The translations under genes were made by a program, and so were the position numbers. The notes beneath the pieces are model-generated. The model saw only the letters and a list, made by a program, of their open reading frames with translations. It was not told where the DNA came from and ran no database searches. This document shows, in pieces, positions 26,670-40,038 of a stretch of 64,000 bases of DNA. Source of the stretch: Eledone cirrhosa (Eukaryota). The stretch spans positions 169,446,001 to 169,510,000 of the forward strand of contig OZ024740.1 in the NCBI GenBank assembly GCA_964016885.1, read 5' to 3'. The first letter of the stretch is position 1. Each line of letters begins with the position of its first letter.

Positions 26670-29600
26670 TTTTAATTTCTATGTTGTCTATATTATCATA
26701 ATGTCCTTGTCTGGCATGTTCGTATAGTGCTGAGACCTGTTTGTCCTTTTAGTTCCCTCCAGTGTTGGTCTATTCTTTCTCCTATGCTTCGAGCTGTCTC
26801 ACCTATGTATGTCGTTGTCATGTTTCTGCAAGTACCCTCTGTACATCTTATGCTATAGACTACATTTCTAGTTTTACAGTTTATCTGGGGGTTCATTTTA
26901 CATATAACACATTTCTTATTAGTGCAGTGGGTTTTCTTAAAGGGGTATGTTTTGCTGATCAGGGATTTCATAGTAGTTCCTGGCTTTTCTACCACTTGAA
27001 TCTTTAAATGTGTCTTTCTTAGGGCCTTTCTACACTGGTTAGCTAATTTTCCCCCAGTGGTAGCATCCACGAACATGACACTCTGGTATCTCTGGTTGTC
27101 GTACCATGAGGTGGCTTTCCCTATCTTATGTTTAGTCCTATCTAAGCTATTCCATTATGTGCTCCTGTATAATGGGTAAATTCCTTTCATGTCTATTTCT
27201 ATGACGGTTTCATACTTCTCCGTGGCCCCTTTGTATACTCTGATTATGTCTCTTTGGTTGTAGCCAGAGAACTGCATACGGTTGATGAAGTGTTGGATGT
27301 GTTTTTCCATTTCGGTTGGGTCGCATGTGCGGGACACATTCTTCACCATTCGTACCAGGTCTGCGATCAGAATATTAAACTTAGCACTACTGGACATTGC
27401 TGAGGTTTTGAGTATCAGGTATTTGGAGGCCATGGGTTTAGCATAGTGTGAGTGGAGAATTTGGGACCTCTCGTCAATAGTGCCAATCCAAAGTTCTGTG
27501 TCTAATACTGGTAGTCTATTGTTAGGGTGTTTGGAAGGGTAGTCAACAGTTACAGTTATACTCTGGTGTATGGAGTTAGCTATCTGCTGGATACTTTCCA
27601 TTGTGCTGCTAAACACAGAGTTACAGATTTTGGCCAAGGTGTTGGCAAAGAGGGTGGCGCTCGTCGTCGAGAGCCTGGTGGGAGAAGCGCAGACATGAGC
27701 AATCCCGACCAGGTTCATACACGACAACCTCCACCTCATGCGACACATCATAGAGAGGGTAGCGTGTAAACTCGGCTCCGGTGGGGTCCTGATCAACTTG
27801 GATCAGTCTAAGGCTTTCGATAGGGTTGACCATCGTTACCTGGATGCGGTGCTTGGGGCGGCAACCTTCGGACCCGTGTTCAGGGGCTGGATTGCTGCAA
27901 TGCACAACAGCAACATCTGCTCAAGGGTCAAAGCGAACGGCTACGTCTCGGAGCCGTTCTATATCACGCGATCCATTCGACAACGATGCACTCTCTCCTC
28001 CCTTCTGTACGTACTGACTCTCGAGCCACTACTGCGGAAGTTGAAGCTATTGCAGGGCATCCATCTGGAACCGGGACTGCGAAAAGCGGCGTGGGCCTAC
28101 GCCGATGACGTGACAGTAATGGTGTCGAGCACCTCGCAAATCGAGGAAGTCGGCACCTTACTGAAGGAATACGAAAGGTTCACAGGAGCGAAGCTGAACC
28201 GGGACAAGTCCATCGGTTTGCAACTCGGGTTGTGGAGAGGCAAACCGATGCCTTCCGATGGCGTCATCGGACGCTGGACGGAAGGACCGGTAAAGCTACT
28301 CGGGGTCTGGTTTGGTACGGACCTCCAGGTGGAGAAGAACTGGAACGAGGTGACGGCCAAGGCGTTTGCACTCACCCAGAAGTGGGCCGAGTGCAAACTA
28401 TCCTTGAAAGGTCGAGCGGAGATGGCGAACACTTTTATAGCGTCCGCCATCTACTACCACTTGACCGTCGTGCCTTGTCCAGCCAAAACGCTCACCAAGA
28501 TGAAGCGCGCGCTCTTCCAATTCCTTTGGAGGAGGCGGTCCCCTTTGGGGAGAAGATCCATCTGCTGCCAAAACCCTTCCAACGGAGAGCTGGGGATGCC
28601 GTGGCTGACGATACGCAAACGCGCGCTCAGGATGCGGCATCTCTACGTATTCCTCACCGGACAACCGGTGTGGGCCCCGTTCGTGAGGCGAGCCTTCCCA
28701 CGACTCGTCTCGCTGACCGAGCTGCAGTCCTGAGTCAAGCAAAGACCGAGGAAAATGGGCGACTGGCACATCGAATGTGCTCAGGCGCTCACAGCCCTCT
28801 GGCAGGCGGACCTGGCGATCAGTGGAGACTCCACTTCGTCATTCTATAGAGAGTTGATCCACATCAAGTGCGACGACGCACTCGGTGAAACTCTAGGCGT
28901 AGAGGAAGAGGAACTGTCCAGTCTGTTCGGTAGGATCTTCCGCCCGGGACCGATGGACAACTTCCAAAAGTCCCTGGCCTGGCAGTGCTACCGAGGAGCC
29001 CTACCAGTTCGAGACAAGCTCTACAGACATGGGCGCTCGGGCAGGGAGCCTTCGAAAAAGATCTGTCCGAGATGCGTGCGAGACGAAGAACCCGTCGCGC
29101 AAACATTCATGCACTGCCCGGGCGTTACCGACCTGTGGGGCTATGTAGAACGACTATTGTCGCGGGTGGGACCAATCCGGTTGACCACCGAGTCCATTGT
29201 CATGATCAAACAGCCACCCTCCTTCAAAAACGAAGGAAAGGCGGTTTTCCTTTGTGTGATAGCTATGGTGGACAAGGTTGAAAGGGCTGAGGTCAGACAC
29301 CTATCTCTCCGGCCAACAACTGATTCTTTTTTTCAAATACCACTTTAGAAGAAGAATCAGGATGGAGAGACAGGTGCTGTACTCCAGCAAGTTTTATGAA
29401 ATGTGGGTGAAAGTGGCGAGAATGGCCCGAGTGAATGGGCCTTATCTCTATATCAGCCTGTAGGTTGAGGAAAAAGAGGATGAGAGGAAATGGGTACAAA
29501 CACTTCGTACTCCTAGAGATGAGGGTTGCACATTTTTTCGGGGGTATGTGTTACCCATATGTAATGTCTCCCCCTATTGGGGAAAATCGATTAACTTTTA

Positions 29601-29975
29601 AATTGTATTTGTGATAGTATTTTACACGTTTTTATTGTATGTAAACTTCCCCCTTTGTATTTGTCCCCTTCTTTTGTGTCCCATGTGGCTAATAAAGAAA
29701 CATATCTTCTAAATCATACATATCTTCTAAATCATGTTCATTAGCACTCTTGTGGGGGTATTCTTATTAGTATATTAATATCGTCTACGTAACGAGAGTA
29801 CATGACGAGGTCTATGTAGCCCATTTCAAGGAGTTCTTTCAGTATCCTTTCCCAACATGCCATAAATAGATTGGCAACATCACCAGCTATGCTGACGCCA
29901 ATGGCTGCTCCCTCATTCTGGGTGGAGATCTTATATTTATTAACAGATCTTTCTGGCAATATTATTACAACAATA
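26670..29975 (-). mobile_element. Penelope-like element (RT + C-terminal GIY-YIG), split by a Tx1 insertion
   Basis: RT pieces GAAIGVSIAGDVANLFM..YSRYVDD (29741-29959) and LPVLDTEL..HYAKPMAS (27155-27605); endonuclease C..C..C.RNVVY.IRC..YIGETARSIGERI.QH (26696-27076). Confidence 0.88.
27606..29700 (+). mobile_element. L1-Tx1-clade LINE, 5'-truncated, nested in the PLE
   Basis: LLNTELQILAKVLA, LDQSKAFDRVDH, AYADDVT, LLGVWFG, LSLKGR, CPRC...HC knuckle, aataaa near the 3' end; two stops and a frameshift. Confidence 0.9.
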
Positions 29976-29992
29976 TGACCTTCCCAAAGTAT

Positions 29993-30042
<50 letters not shown>

Positions 30043-30046
<4 letters not shown>

Positions 30047-30420
30047 CGATATTAATAAATGGAAACTATATTTATAAAACCATATTTATTTCATTATACA
30101 TATTTCAGGGATACCAAATTAAATTATGGTATGCCTTCATCAGACAAAATACAATATATAACAGTTTTACAAATAAGCTTTGACGTACCCTTTTAAAATG
30201 CAACCATTATTTTTGGAAGCCATCTGGATAGACTTTGCAGATGGCTTCCAAAAATAATGGTTGCATTTTAAAAGGGTACGTCAAAGCTTATTTGTAAAAC
30301 TGTTATATATTGTATTTTGTCTGATGAAGGCATACCATAATTTAATTCGGTATCCCTGAAATATGTATATGAAATAAATATGGTTTTATAAATATAGTTT
30401 CCATTTATTAATATCGTATA
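30043..30420. repeat. Fold-back (inverted) duplication of an HHR-bearing repeat
   Basis: 30043-30225 is the reverse complement of 30238-30420; homologous to 11745-11935. Confidence 0.9.
30088..30150 (-). ncRNA. Type I hammerhead ribozyme (second copy at 30314-30375 +, with a 1-nt deletion at the cleavage site)
   Basis: attttgt CTGATGA aggcatacc..ggtatccct GAAA tatgta TA atgaaat. Confidence 0.75.
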
Positions 30421-30734
30421 TCTACTCCAAATATTTGTCGAGTGCTTTATATCAGTTATAAAAATATTTACTTGTATCCCAACAATTTTAAATAGAACTT
30501 TTGCATATATATATATTGTGTGTGTGTGTGTAGATATATATATCATGACCTGCTTAGCGTCTACGAAAGCAGGCGGAACAACCGAAGTCGTTATTTATGA
30601 TTTACATAGTAAGCTATGTACCAAAGACGAAGTTTGGCTGTAAATAAAATCAGAATAAAAGAAATAGTAAGAAGCAAACCATAATATACTGTTGTACTTA
30701 TGTACCATAATTATAAATCGTTATTAAAACCATA

Positions 30735-30922
30735 GGGCGGTGGATTGGCAGTATCGGTAGAGGGTCGGACGCCAAGCTTTGACGCATAGAGTTACGGCCC
30801 TTATCATTCTGAGTTCAAATCCCGCCGAGGTTAACTTCGCCTTTCATCCTTACGGGGTCGATAAAATAAAGTACCAGTAATGTACTGGGTCTTTGCTGGC
30901 CTTGTGCCAAAAGTAGAAACAG
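30735..30922 (+). mobile_element. tRNA-derived SINE with ~15-bp TSD
   Basis: Same family as 13516. TSD gttatta(a/t)aaccata. The paralogous empty site is at about 61117-61135. Confidence 0.9.
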
Positions 30923-31167
30923 TTATTATAACCATATAAGTTTGGTTGGCCGGACACATACTTGAGTGCATATATACATACACACGCATACACATAGGTA
31001 CATTACATACATATAAATATATATACTTTCACACACATTCACGAGTGCATACATACATGCACACGCATAAACATATGTACATATACATACATATGAATGT
31101 ATATACATTTACACACATACATACGTACACACACATATACACACATATATATATATGTGTCTGTGTC

Positions 31168-31211
<44 letters not shown>

Positions 31212-31333
31212 GACACATACACACACACACACACATGCATACATACGTAGATACTTATATACACATATATTCATATACACACATACATATATACACATAT
31301 ACATACACACACACAACATTTTCCTATAGTGTA

Positions 31334-31568
31334 TCTCTCCCTATATATATAATTCTTTGTCTCTCTGTCTCTCTGTCTGACTGTTCCTATCCATTCTCAA
31401 ACGTCTGGACCAATTCAAATCAAATTTTACAAGATTAGACCCCGGGAGATTTGGACTAAAACAATATAACATTTTATCTAAAATAATATTTTTATAGTCT
31501 ACTATAGTAAATCGCCATCACCACGACGACGACTCACATTTTGTATGAGTGTGTATGTGTCTGTGACC

Positions 31569-31635
<67 letters not shown>

Positions 31636-31669
31636 TGTGTCTGTGTGTGTGTGTGTATGTGTCTGTGAC

Positions 31670-31739
<70 letters not shown>

Positions 31740-32482
31740 TGAGTTTGTTATGGCCTAAGAAAATTAAACACTCACACATCTACACATACATACACATAAT
31801 GTATGTGAGAGTGTAGACGTCACATTTTCTATGTGTATGTGTCTGTCTTAGTATATATATGTGAATGTATGTTAGAGTGTATGAGTGTGTGAGTGTATGT
31901 AAGAGTGTGTGTGTGTCTGAGTGTATGTGTGTTGACTGACATAACGATATTTTCTTTAGTTAACTATAGTAAACCACACCAATACGACAACGTTATATTT
32001 TGTATATGAGTGTGCACACACACATCTAGACCTACAGATACATATGTGATGACAGACAGGTGTCCATGAATGTATGTCTCTGTGTGTCTGTCTTAGTATA
32101 TGTGTGAGTGTGTGTGAGAGTGTATGTGTGTGTGAGTGTATGTGTGATAATTTTTTATTTTCATTTGGATTAAAACAATAGGCCGTCACATTTTATATAT
32201 AAATATGTATGTGTCTATGAGTGTGTGTTTGCGCGTTCATTAGGTACGTTACTAAATACACACACACATCTACACATACATGAATTCCAAAATGAATATT
32301 GTTTACCCTAAGGTGCTTCAAGATTGACAGATTTTCATTTCTAAATTCTATTATCATTACAATTTTGATATTTCTATTATAAAATATAGATATTTTGAAA
32401 AAATAAACATATCTTCATATTTATTGTTTACTTACCTGAATAAGAACAGCAGTACCCGAGCAACGCCGGGTAATTCAGCTAG
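31334..32482 (+). mobile_element. Non-autonomous Helitron rich in (TG)n
   Basis: a|TC start, hairpin cccgagcaacgccggg, CTAG|t end. Truncated minus-strand relatives at ~42860-43880 and ~58740-59750. Confidence 0.8.
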
Positions 32483-32689
32483 TATATATATATCGAGATG
32501 GAAATGGGGTGCAGAAGTCATGGAAATATATTCACAATGCAGTGGGAATATTGGTCAATTTTATCCATGTAATATGCATATAAAATTCCTTGCCCGCCTG
32601 TTATCGGATGAAGTACGAGGGGGTTTCGGTTCTAGGACTGTGTGCGAAATGCAGGTTGTTGCAGGGAAATAACGTAGTAAAAATAGCCC

Positions 32690-33640
32690 CATAGGAGAAC
32701 AGTCAGATATTAGAGAAGACCACCATGGAAATATCCAGCAAATAGCTAACTGCATCCACCAGAGTATTAAAGTTATTATAGACTACCCAACTAAACACCC
32801 CAGCCATAGATTACCCGTACTAGACATAGAACTCTGGTTGGAAACTATCAGTAATAGAACGCAAATCCTCCATTCGCATTATGCCAAACTCATGACCTCC
32901 AATTACCTCATCCACCGAAACTCATATGAAAATCAACATACTGATTGTGCTCTTAGTAAGAGTGATGAGGAACGTGTTCCGCATGTGCAACCCCAAAGAA
33001 TTAGAGAGTCACATACAACACTTCATTCACTGCATGCAGTTCTCTGGCTACAAGCAGAAAGACAAGATCAGGGCATATAAAGGAGCCAGAGCCAAATAGG
33101 CAAAGATTGTAGAAAATGATGCAAAATGGAACTTGCACCATGTATAGGAGCAGATTTTGGAATTGAATAGAAAGGTTTAGGAATAAGGCAAATAAAATAA
33201 ACTCATAGTACGATAGCAATAAATACGAGAGTATAATGTTTGTCAATACAACCCCTACAGGAGAACTAGCTTACAGATTTAAAAGGGCCCTAGACAAGCT
33301 CAAATTAAATATTAAGATAGTTGAAAGACCAGGTATTCCCATAAAAACCCTAATTAGCAAAATATACCCATTTCAAAGATGTGATAGGAAAGGCATAGTC
33401 TGCAAGCTAAGCCTACAAAATAACTGCAAATCTAGGAACGTAGCATAAGATGTACTGAACGACAATGTAGGAATAAAAATATAACATACATAGGTGAAAC
33501 AGCCCGTAGCATAGGAAAAACGATAAGTGAACACTGGGGAGAGCTCCAGGAGGAGAAACACTCATCAGTACTCCACCAACATGTCAAAATAGGAAAGAGG
33601 AGCACATTAGCGAACAGAGATAAAAATGATATATAGATAT
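32690..33640 (+). mobile_element. Penelope-like element 3' fragment, related to 26670-27605
   Basis: IQQIAN.IHQSI, LPVLD.EL, HSHYAK, MFVNTTPTGELA, YIGETARSIG..I.EHW; many stops. Confidence 0.85.
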
Positions 33641-33693
33641 ATACATACAGAAAAGATGCAATGTTCAGACAAATCACAGAGGCGACATATATC

Positions 33694-33932
<239 letters not shown>

Positions 33933-34139
33933 TTGATCAGAGACGAACACTGTATTTAAGGCCGAGTGACGCAACTTCGAGTGATTAGCGTCCTTTAGAC
34001 TCACCTGATCAATGAAACAATTGTTAATACTATAAATAAAACCCTTTTTGTACAGCCGACTATGTCGAGTGCTCTGAATCAGTTATTATAAATTTTATTT
34101 GTTGAATTACCAACAAATTGAAGATCCCTTCTGCTTATA

Positions 34140-34182
<43 letters not shown>

Positions 34183-34190
34183 GTATATAC

Positions 34191-34332
<142 letters not shown>

Positions 34333-34463
34333 GTGAGGTTTCTTTTACAAAATGAAAAATAACCGAGGTGTCCTACACGAGTGAAAGTATGAAGAAAAAG
34401 AGATGAAATCGAAAATGCAACTGAAGTCTTATTTTTTTTAAAAATATATATATTTATTTGGTT

Positions 34464-34501
34464 CCTTTACCGGTTTCGCAGTTCTTCTGCTTTTCAAAAG
34501 G
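34464..34501 (-). ncRNA. Hammerhead ribozyme with U3:A8 variant core
   Basis: cctt TTGAAAA gcag-aagaa-ctgc GAAA c-cg-g TA aagg. Confidence 0.7.
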
Positions 34502-34536
34502 TGAGTTGAGATGGAGGGTCTGTGGTTTTTCTCACA

Positions 34537-34588
<52 letters not shown>

Positions 34589-34690
34589 CAGAAGGGATCT
34601 TCAATTTGTTGGTAATTCAACAAATAAAAATGTTTATAACTGATTCAGAGCACTCGACATAGTCGGCTGTACAAAAATGATTTTATTTAT

Positions 34691-34803
34691 AGTATTAACA
34701 ATTGTTTCATCGATCCGGTGAGTCTAAAGGAGGCTAATCACTCGAAGTTGCGTCACTCGACCTTAAATACAGTGTTCGTCTCTGATCAAATCATCGGAAT
34801 ACT
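34691..34803 (-). ncRNA. Hammerhead-like motif with a greatly extended stem II (other copies 35785-35897 + and truncated 33931-34031 +)
   Basis: agtatt CCGATGA tttgatcag...c(t/g)gatc(a/g)at GAAA c-aatt-g TT aatact. Confidence 0.6.
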
Positions 34804-35212
34804 GGAGGGTTTAACACATGGCATTGCTATTTATAGATAGGTCGGAGAATCAAAACAATATTATCAATAATAAAAGAAGTAAATAATAATAAGTACAGAT
34901 AGCGATTGCTGATAATAGTAGTGGTGGTGGTGGTAGTTAAAGTTACAGTGGTGAGTAAGTGTATGTGTAGAGTAGTGATGACGGTAGAGATAACAATAAC
35001 CTGAAAAGAAACATTAAATACATACATATGTAGTAGTCACCTCCCAGGGGATTAGAGTAAAAAATAAAAAAAAATAATAACAAACAACAGATACAAGATA
35101 AAAATAATAAATAAAAATTAAGTGAGAGTGGAAGAGATAAAGGACAGGAGACAGAGTGGTGATGATGATACGATGATGAGACATAGGGGGTAGGGCTAAG
35201 GACGGGGAAGGC

Positions 35213-35213
35213 G

Positions 35214-35280
<67 letters not shown>
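35213..35280. repeat. (GATA)n microsatellite
   Basis: Direct reading. Confidence 0.97.
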
Positions 35281-35281
<1 letters not shown>

Positions 35282-35999
35282 GAATAAACATTGAAAGGAG
35301 TAGTGTTGATATATGGGTGGTTAATGTCTGGCAGGCTGATTGCTTTATCTTAATGGAAGTGATATGGCTATAAGGAGAGAGAATGAAAGAAAGGTTGGGA
35401 GATTTATGATGTTGATTTAATAACCAGTTAGTCAGTTGACAGCTAATAACAATGGGGTGAGGTGTAGTCAGTACATTAACATCCGGGTGGTTCTGCATGA
35501 ATTCTGAGATTGTTGGATCGAATCATGTTGGTTTGAAGTTTGCGAACTTGGTAGCTACTTTGCCCTAGAGAAAACTGATCGTTCTATTTTGTTGTCAAGC
35601 AACATTTTATCATACTTTCAAATATGGAACAGCTCCATATTGCAAAGTCCGCAGTGGGACATTCCATTATCGTAGGCCCTTGTTCCCAATAATTTTGACC
35701 AGCCAATCCCATATTCGTGGTTGAGTTCTCTAGTCTACGGTTTTTCATAGAACCTCTGTGTACATACCATCTGTTAAACCCTCCAGCATTCCAATGATTT
35801 GATCAGAGACGATCACTGTATTTAAGGTCGAGTGACGCAACTTCGAGTGATTAGCGGCTTTTAGACTCACCTGATCAATGAAACAATTGTTAATACTATA
35901 ATTAAAACCCTTTTTGTACAACCGACCACGTTATTCTTCAATCTTTCACTATATATATGTATATATATATATAAACGTTTGGAGTTAGAAGGCCAAAAC

Positions 36000-38335
36000 A
36001 ATGCAGATATGGATATAGAATATAAATACAAATGCAAAAGATATTGTTGACAATTAATCTTTTACCTTAAATTTATTTGAATATTCTTAATTTTCGAGAT
36101 AATATCTCTTCTTCGGAGGGAAGTAAAGGGGTTAATCCATTGTTCTAATTAGCTTGCCAAGTCATGCTGACAGGAAATGGTATAGAAATTCCTTTCTATT
36201 TCTAATGTCAAAGAGTGAAGTTTAGGTGGATAAAGAGTTGTCTCCCTTTAATAAGGGGTTTGGACATGTATGTTTAAGTGTGTGTGGGAGAATACGTGAA
36301 GGTGTAAGCATGCGTGTGTGTGTGCGTGTGTGTATGTGTGAGTGTGAGAGGATTTGTTTATATGTAAATGTGGGGACTAGATGCTCTATCATGTTAAAAC
36401 TGGTCTTTGTGTGTGTATGTGTGTGTGTGAGAGAGAATAAGTGGAGGTGTAAGCGTGTGTGTGTGCGTGTGCGTGTGTGTGTGAGAGAGAGGGTACGTGG
36501 AGGTGTAAGTGTGGGGCTAGGTGCTCTATCATGTTAAATATTGGGTGTTGAGTTCTAGTCTGTTATTGATTGGCGGTTGCGTTTTGGTTATAATCAGTGC
36601 TTCTTTAATTCTGAGATTGCCGAGGTTTCTTTCCTTAGTTTCTATCCTAACTATTATGTTTTTGTCGGTGTTTTTGCATTTCACTAGGTGTTTCTGAAAT
36701 GAGGAAGCGTTAGTATTGAGGTGTTCATTTATTCTTATGTGAAGTGGTCTGGTGGTGCTGCCTATGTAGAAATTTCTGCATTTGTCGCACTCTAATCTGT
36801 ATACAACGTAAGCCTGGTGGCATAAGTCTATGTCGTTGATGGGGCAGTTGGCTAGCCTGCAGCGGTTGTCATGTCTGGTGGAGTGTCTTTTGGTTAGCTG
36901 TCCGTGTAGAGAAGGTCATTAGTGGGCAAGTTGAATATCTAGTCCCTCTCGTCTGATAGCTCTGCGGATGGCTGTTCTTGTTTCTTCACTGAAGTGTGGG
37001 AGCTTCAGGAAGCAGGTGTTAGTGCCTCGGGTGTGGTGTCCTCTGTTATTTCTGGCACGGTTCGCGGTGGACGTCGGGTATCCGTTCAGTTTATGTACTT
37101 CCAGGAAATGTGTGGTGTGTGTGTCTCGGTCTCTTGCGTCGGTGCATTTGTTCCGGATATGTGTTAGTTCGTTCCTTATGTATTCGAACTTAGCGCTGGC
37201 TGGGAGGGCCGATCTGAAATGTACGAACAGATCCCTGCTGGCGGCTTTTTTTTATAGAAGCAGATGTGGATGTCGCCTTCCTCTGTTACCCTGAGTTGGA
37301 AGTCCTATAGGGATAGGGATCCGCGGTCATCGGGGTTTCCATGCTGAACTTTATACTGGCCTCCATGCTGGAGAATGTCGTGTATATTTTATCCACTTCT
37401 TCATGGGATGATGGAAGGATAAGTATGTCATCTACATATCGGGTGAAGAAGGTATGGGAATGGCAGGTGTTGAGGGCTCGGCATTGTAGCTGCTTCATAT
37501 AATAATGGCCAGCAGGCCCGATAGGCTGGATCCCATGGGTAATCCTGTTGTCTGTCTGTATGTGTGGTGGTGGAAGGTGAAGTACGTGTTGTCCACTGTG
37601 AAGGACAAAAGCTGGTGTAAGTCCGTCGGATGGACGCCGTAGCAGTGGATGTCCTCTGCGACCACGCAGTCCGTCAATAAATCGACAGCTGGATGAGCGG
37701 GGACTATAGTGTAGAGGGAGACAACGTTGAGGCTAACGGCGTATCTATTTAGTTTAAGTTGTTCTGGCTGGAGTTGGTGTACTCCACGTATGACCTCGTC
37801 GGAGCTACTGACATGCCCGGGAAAGGTGGAGAGTAGAGGCTTGAGGACCTGGGAGAGGAGCCAGGAGATTTTGTATAGGGGTCCTTCTATGCTAGAGACG
37901 ATGGGTCTTATTTGTGTCTTACTACTATTCTTGTGGGTCTTGATGAGGTGATAGAAAGTGGGCAGTCTGCTATTTCTAGTGGTGTAATTGAACTTGAATT
38001 AATTTGGGAGTTGTCTTCTACTACAGATGTCGAACCAAATGGAGTTGGCCTGTGTTTCGACCTGGGCTGCAGTTATGTCCGGGATCTCTGTATACAGGTC
38101 GTTGTCGCTTAAGTGTTCAAAAGCTAGGTTGTTGTATGTGGCTTGAGAGATGACACAAAACTCTTTACCGTTGTCGGATGGTAAGTATATGAGTTCCCTA
38201 TTCCGCAGGTTCTTCAGGGCGAGTTGTTGCGTCCTGGAGAGGTTTGGGGCTATCTTCTGTTTCTGTAAGATGGTAAATACGGAATGTTTAAGCCTCCAGA
38301 GTTTTTCTTCCAGCTCGCGATTGGCAGGCGGTGGA
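36000..38335 (-). mobile_element. Penelope-like element (RT + GIY-YIG), 5'-truncated, frameshifted
   Basis: RPIVSS, LNVVSLYTIVP, QTTGLPMGSSLSG, RYVDDIL; endonuclease CRLANCP..C..YVVYRLECDKC..FYIGSTTR.LH.RI.EH. Confidence 0.88.
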
Positions 38336-38431
38336 CCCCCCCCCCCCCCACATATATATATATAGAGAGAAAGAAGTGGTTAGACAACAGTTAGTTCACC
38401 ATACAGTTGTTCCGTATAACCATGTCCATTA

Positions 38432-38469
38432 CGATCTGAGGATCCGCTAAGGTGAAACAATTGTTCTCG
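38432..38469 (+). ncRNA. Slightly degenerate minimal hammerhead inside a ~200-bp (TA)n-flanked insert
   Basis: cgat CTGAGGA tcc-gctaa-ggt GAAA c-aatt-g TT ctcg; the closing pairs of stems I and II are mismatched. Confidence 0.55.
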
Positions 38470-39994
38470 GTATGGTGAACTAACTGTTGTGTAACCACTT
38501 CTACCTAACTCGTCCCATGGACTGAGTGCTCTACCAATACGGATATTACCTTCCAGTGTTCTACCACTATATATATATATATAAATGAAAGTTATAGAAA
38601 GTATTGTAGCAAGAAGCCAACAGTATTCCATAATATATAACTGACTATAGCGTCAAAATGGGAAAATAGTTGACGTAAGATGTGGGAAAAATAATTAAAA
38701 CTCAATTCAAAAAGAATCAGGATATAGATTTATCCAACAAAATTTAGTGAAATCCAGGGGAAAATCAATAGAGCCTTAACTCATGATAAAATAATGTTTA
38801 AAATACCCATCCTTCAATTTGGGACAACTACAAATGCTCTGTATAGTCTTGAAAAAGACTATTTCACGTAAACTTTCAGTGGAAATGGTCACGGTTGGAA
38901 TACGATCCTCAGCAGACCTCAACACGATAGCCAGATTCTCACTGATTATATGCCAAAAAGGGAATTTAAATGCAGGCTAGTTTACCATCATGCGTGATTA
39001 TGAAAATAAAACGCACATGTGAAAAAACAGGGCTGGTGACGTCAGAATGAGACGAATGTTTGTTTACATGAAACAACAGTCAAAAACATTCCGAAAAAAA
39101 CTCTACAATAACGAGTTCAGCAAAAAGCAATATTATCGAGGTTTTTTTTTTTAAATACCGAGATTAGTCACAAATAATTTAAGCACTCTAGGAAAGAAAT
39201 CCGAGTATAAATATATAAATGAAAGCTCAACACGATAGCCAGATTCTCACTGATTAATATGCCAAAAAGGGAATTTAAAAGCAGGCTAGTTTACCATCAT
39301 GCGTGATTATGAAAATAAAACGCACATGTGAAAAAACAGGGCTGGTGACGTCAGAATGAGACGAATGTTTGTTTGCATGAAACAACAGTCAAAAACATTC
39401 CGGAAAAACTCTACAATAACGATATATTCAGGATATAGATTTATCCAACAAAATTTAGTGAAATCCAGGGAAAAATCAATAGAGCATTAACTCATGATAA
39501 AATAAAGTTTAAAATACTCATCCTTCAATTTGGGACAACTACAAATGCTCTGTATAGTCTTGAAAAAGACTATTTCACGTAAACTTTCATGTATATGTAT
39601 GTATGTATGTATGTTTATATATGTGGCTGATGCGCTTATATATCTATGTAAGAGTGTATATATGGATGTACGTATAGATGTGCACATGTAGTTTGATGCG
39701 TGTGTGCATGTATGTATATTTATGTGTGTGTATATATATTTTTTCCGTTACAAGATGTTGTTTTAACTCAGCCTCACTTTCATTTTTAATAGATATTTAT
39801 TTCAAAACTTATATCCAAAACATAACTATTTCATCTGAAAAATGAGCTGGACGTTTCTGTAAGGATCATCTAGTTTCTTGAAACCTTTTTAATGGAATAA
39901 TTATATTGTGATGTTTAATATGTAAAACTAGGATGGAGCGTTTGTATTTCTGTTGTGGTTTGTCTCAATAGAAACACAAACCCTCCATCTCAAT

Positions 39995-40038
39995 TTTACT
40001 TTTGAAAAGCATAAGTACCCTGAAACCGGTAAAGTAAA
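39995..40038 (+). ncRNA. Hammerhead ribozyme with U3:A8 variant core (paralog of 34464)
   Basis: tttactt TTGAAAA gcataagtaccct GAAA c-cg-g TA aagtaaa; stem II decayed. Confidence 0.55.

Noticed and set aside
32600-32665. cggatga..gcgaaatgca hammerhead-like spacing
   Set aside because: Core, stem I and cleavage triplet all deviate.
36061-36125. Minus-strand CCGAAGA..gagat/atctc..GAAA hammerhead candidate at the PLE 3' end
   Set aside because: Position is suggestive, but there is an extra nucleotide after the core and stems I and III cannot be placed in register; not called as a feature.
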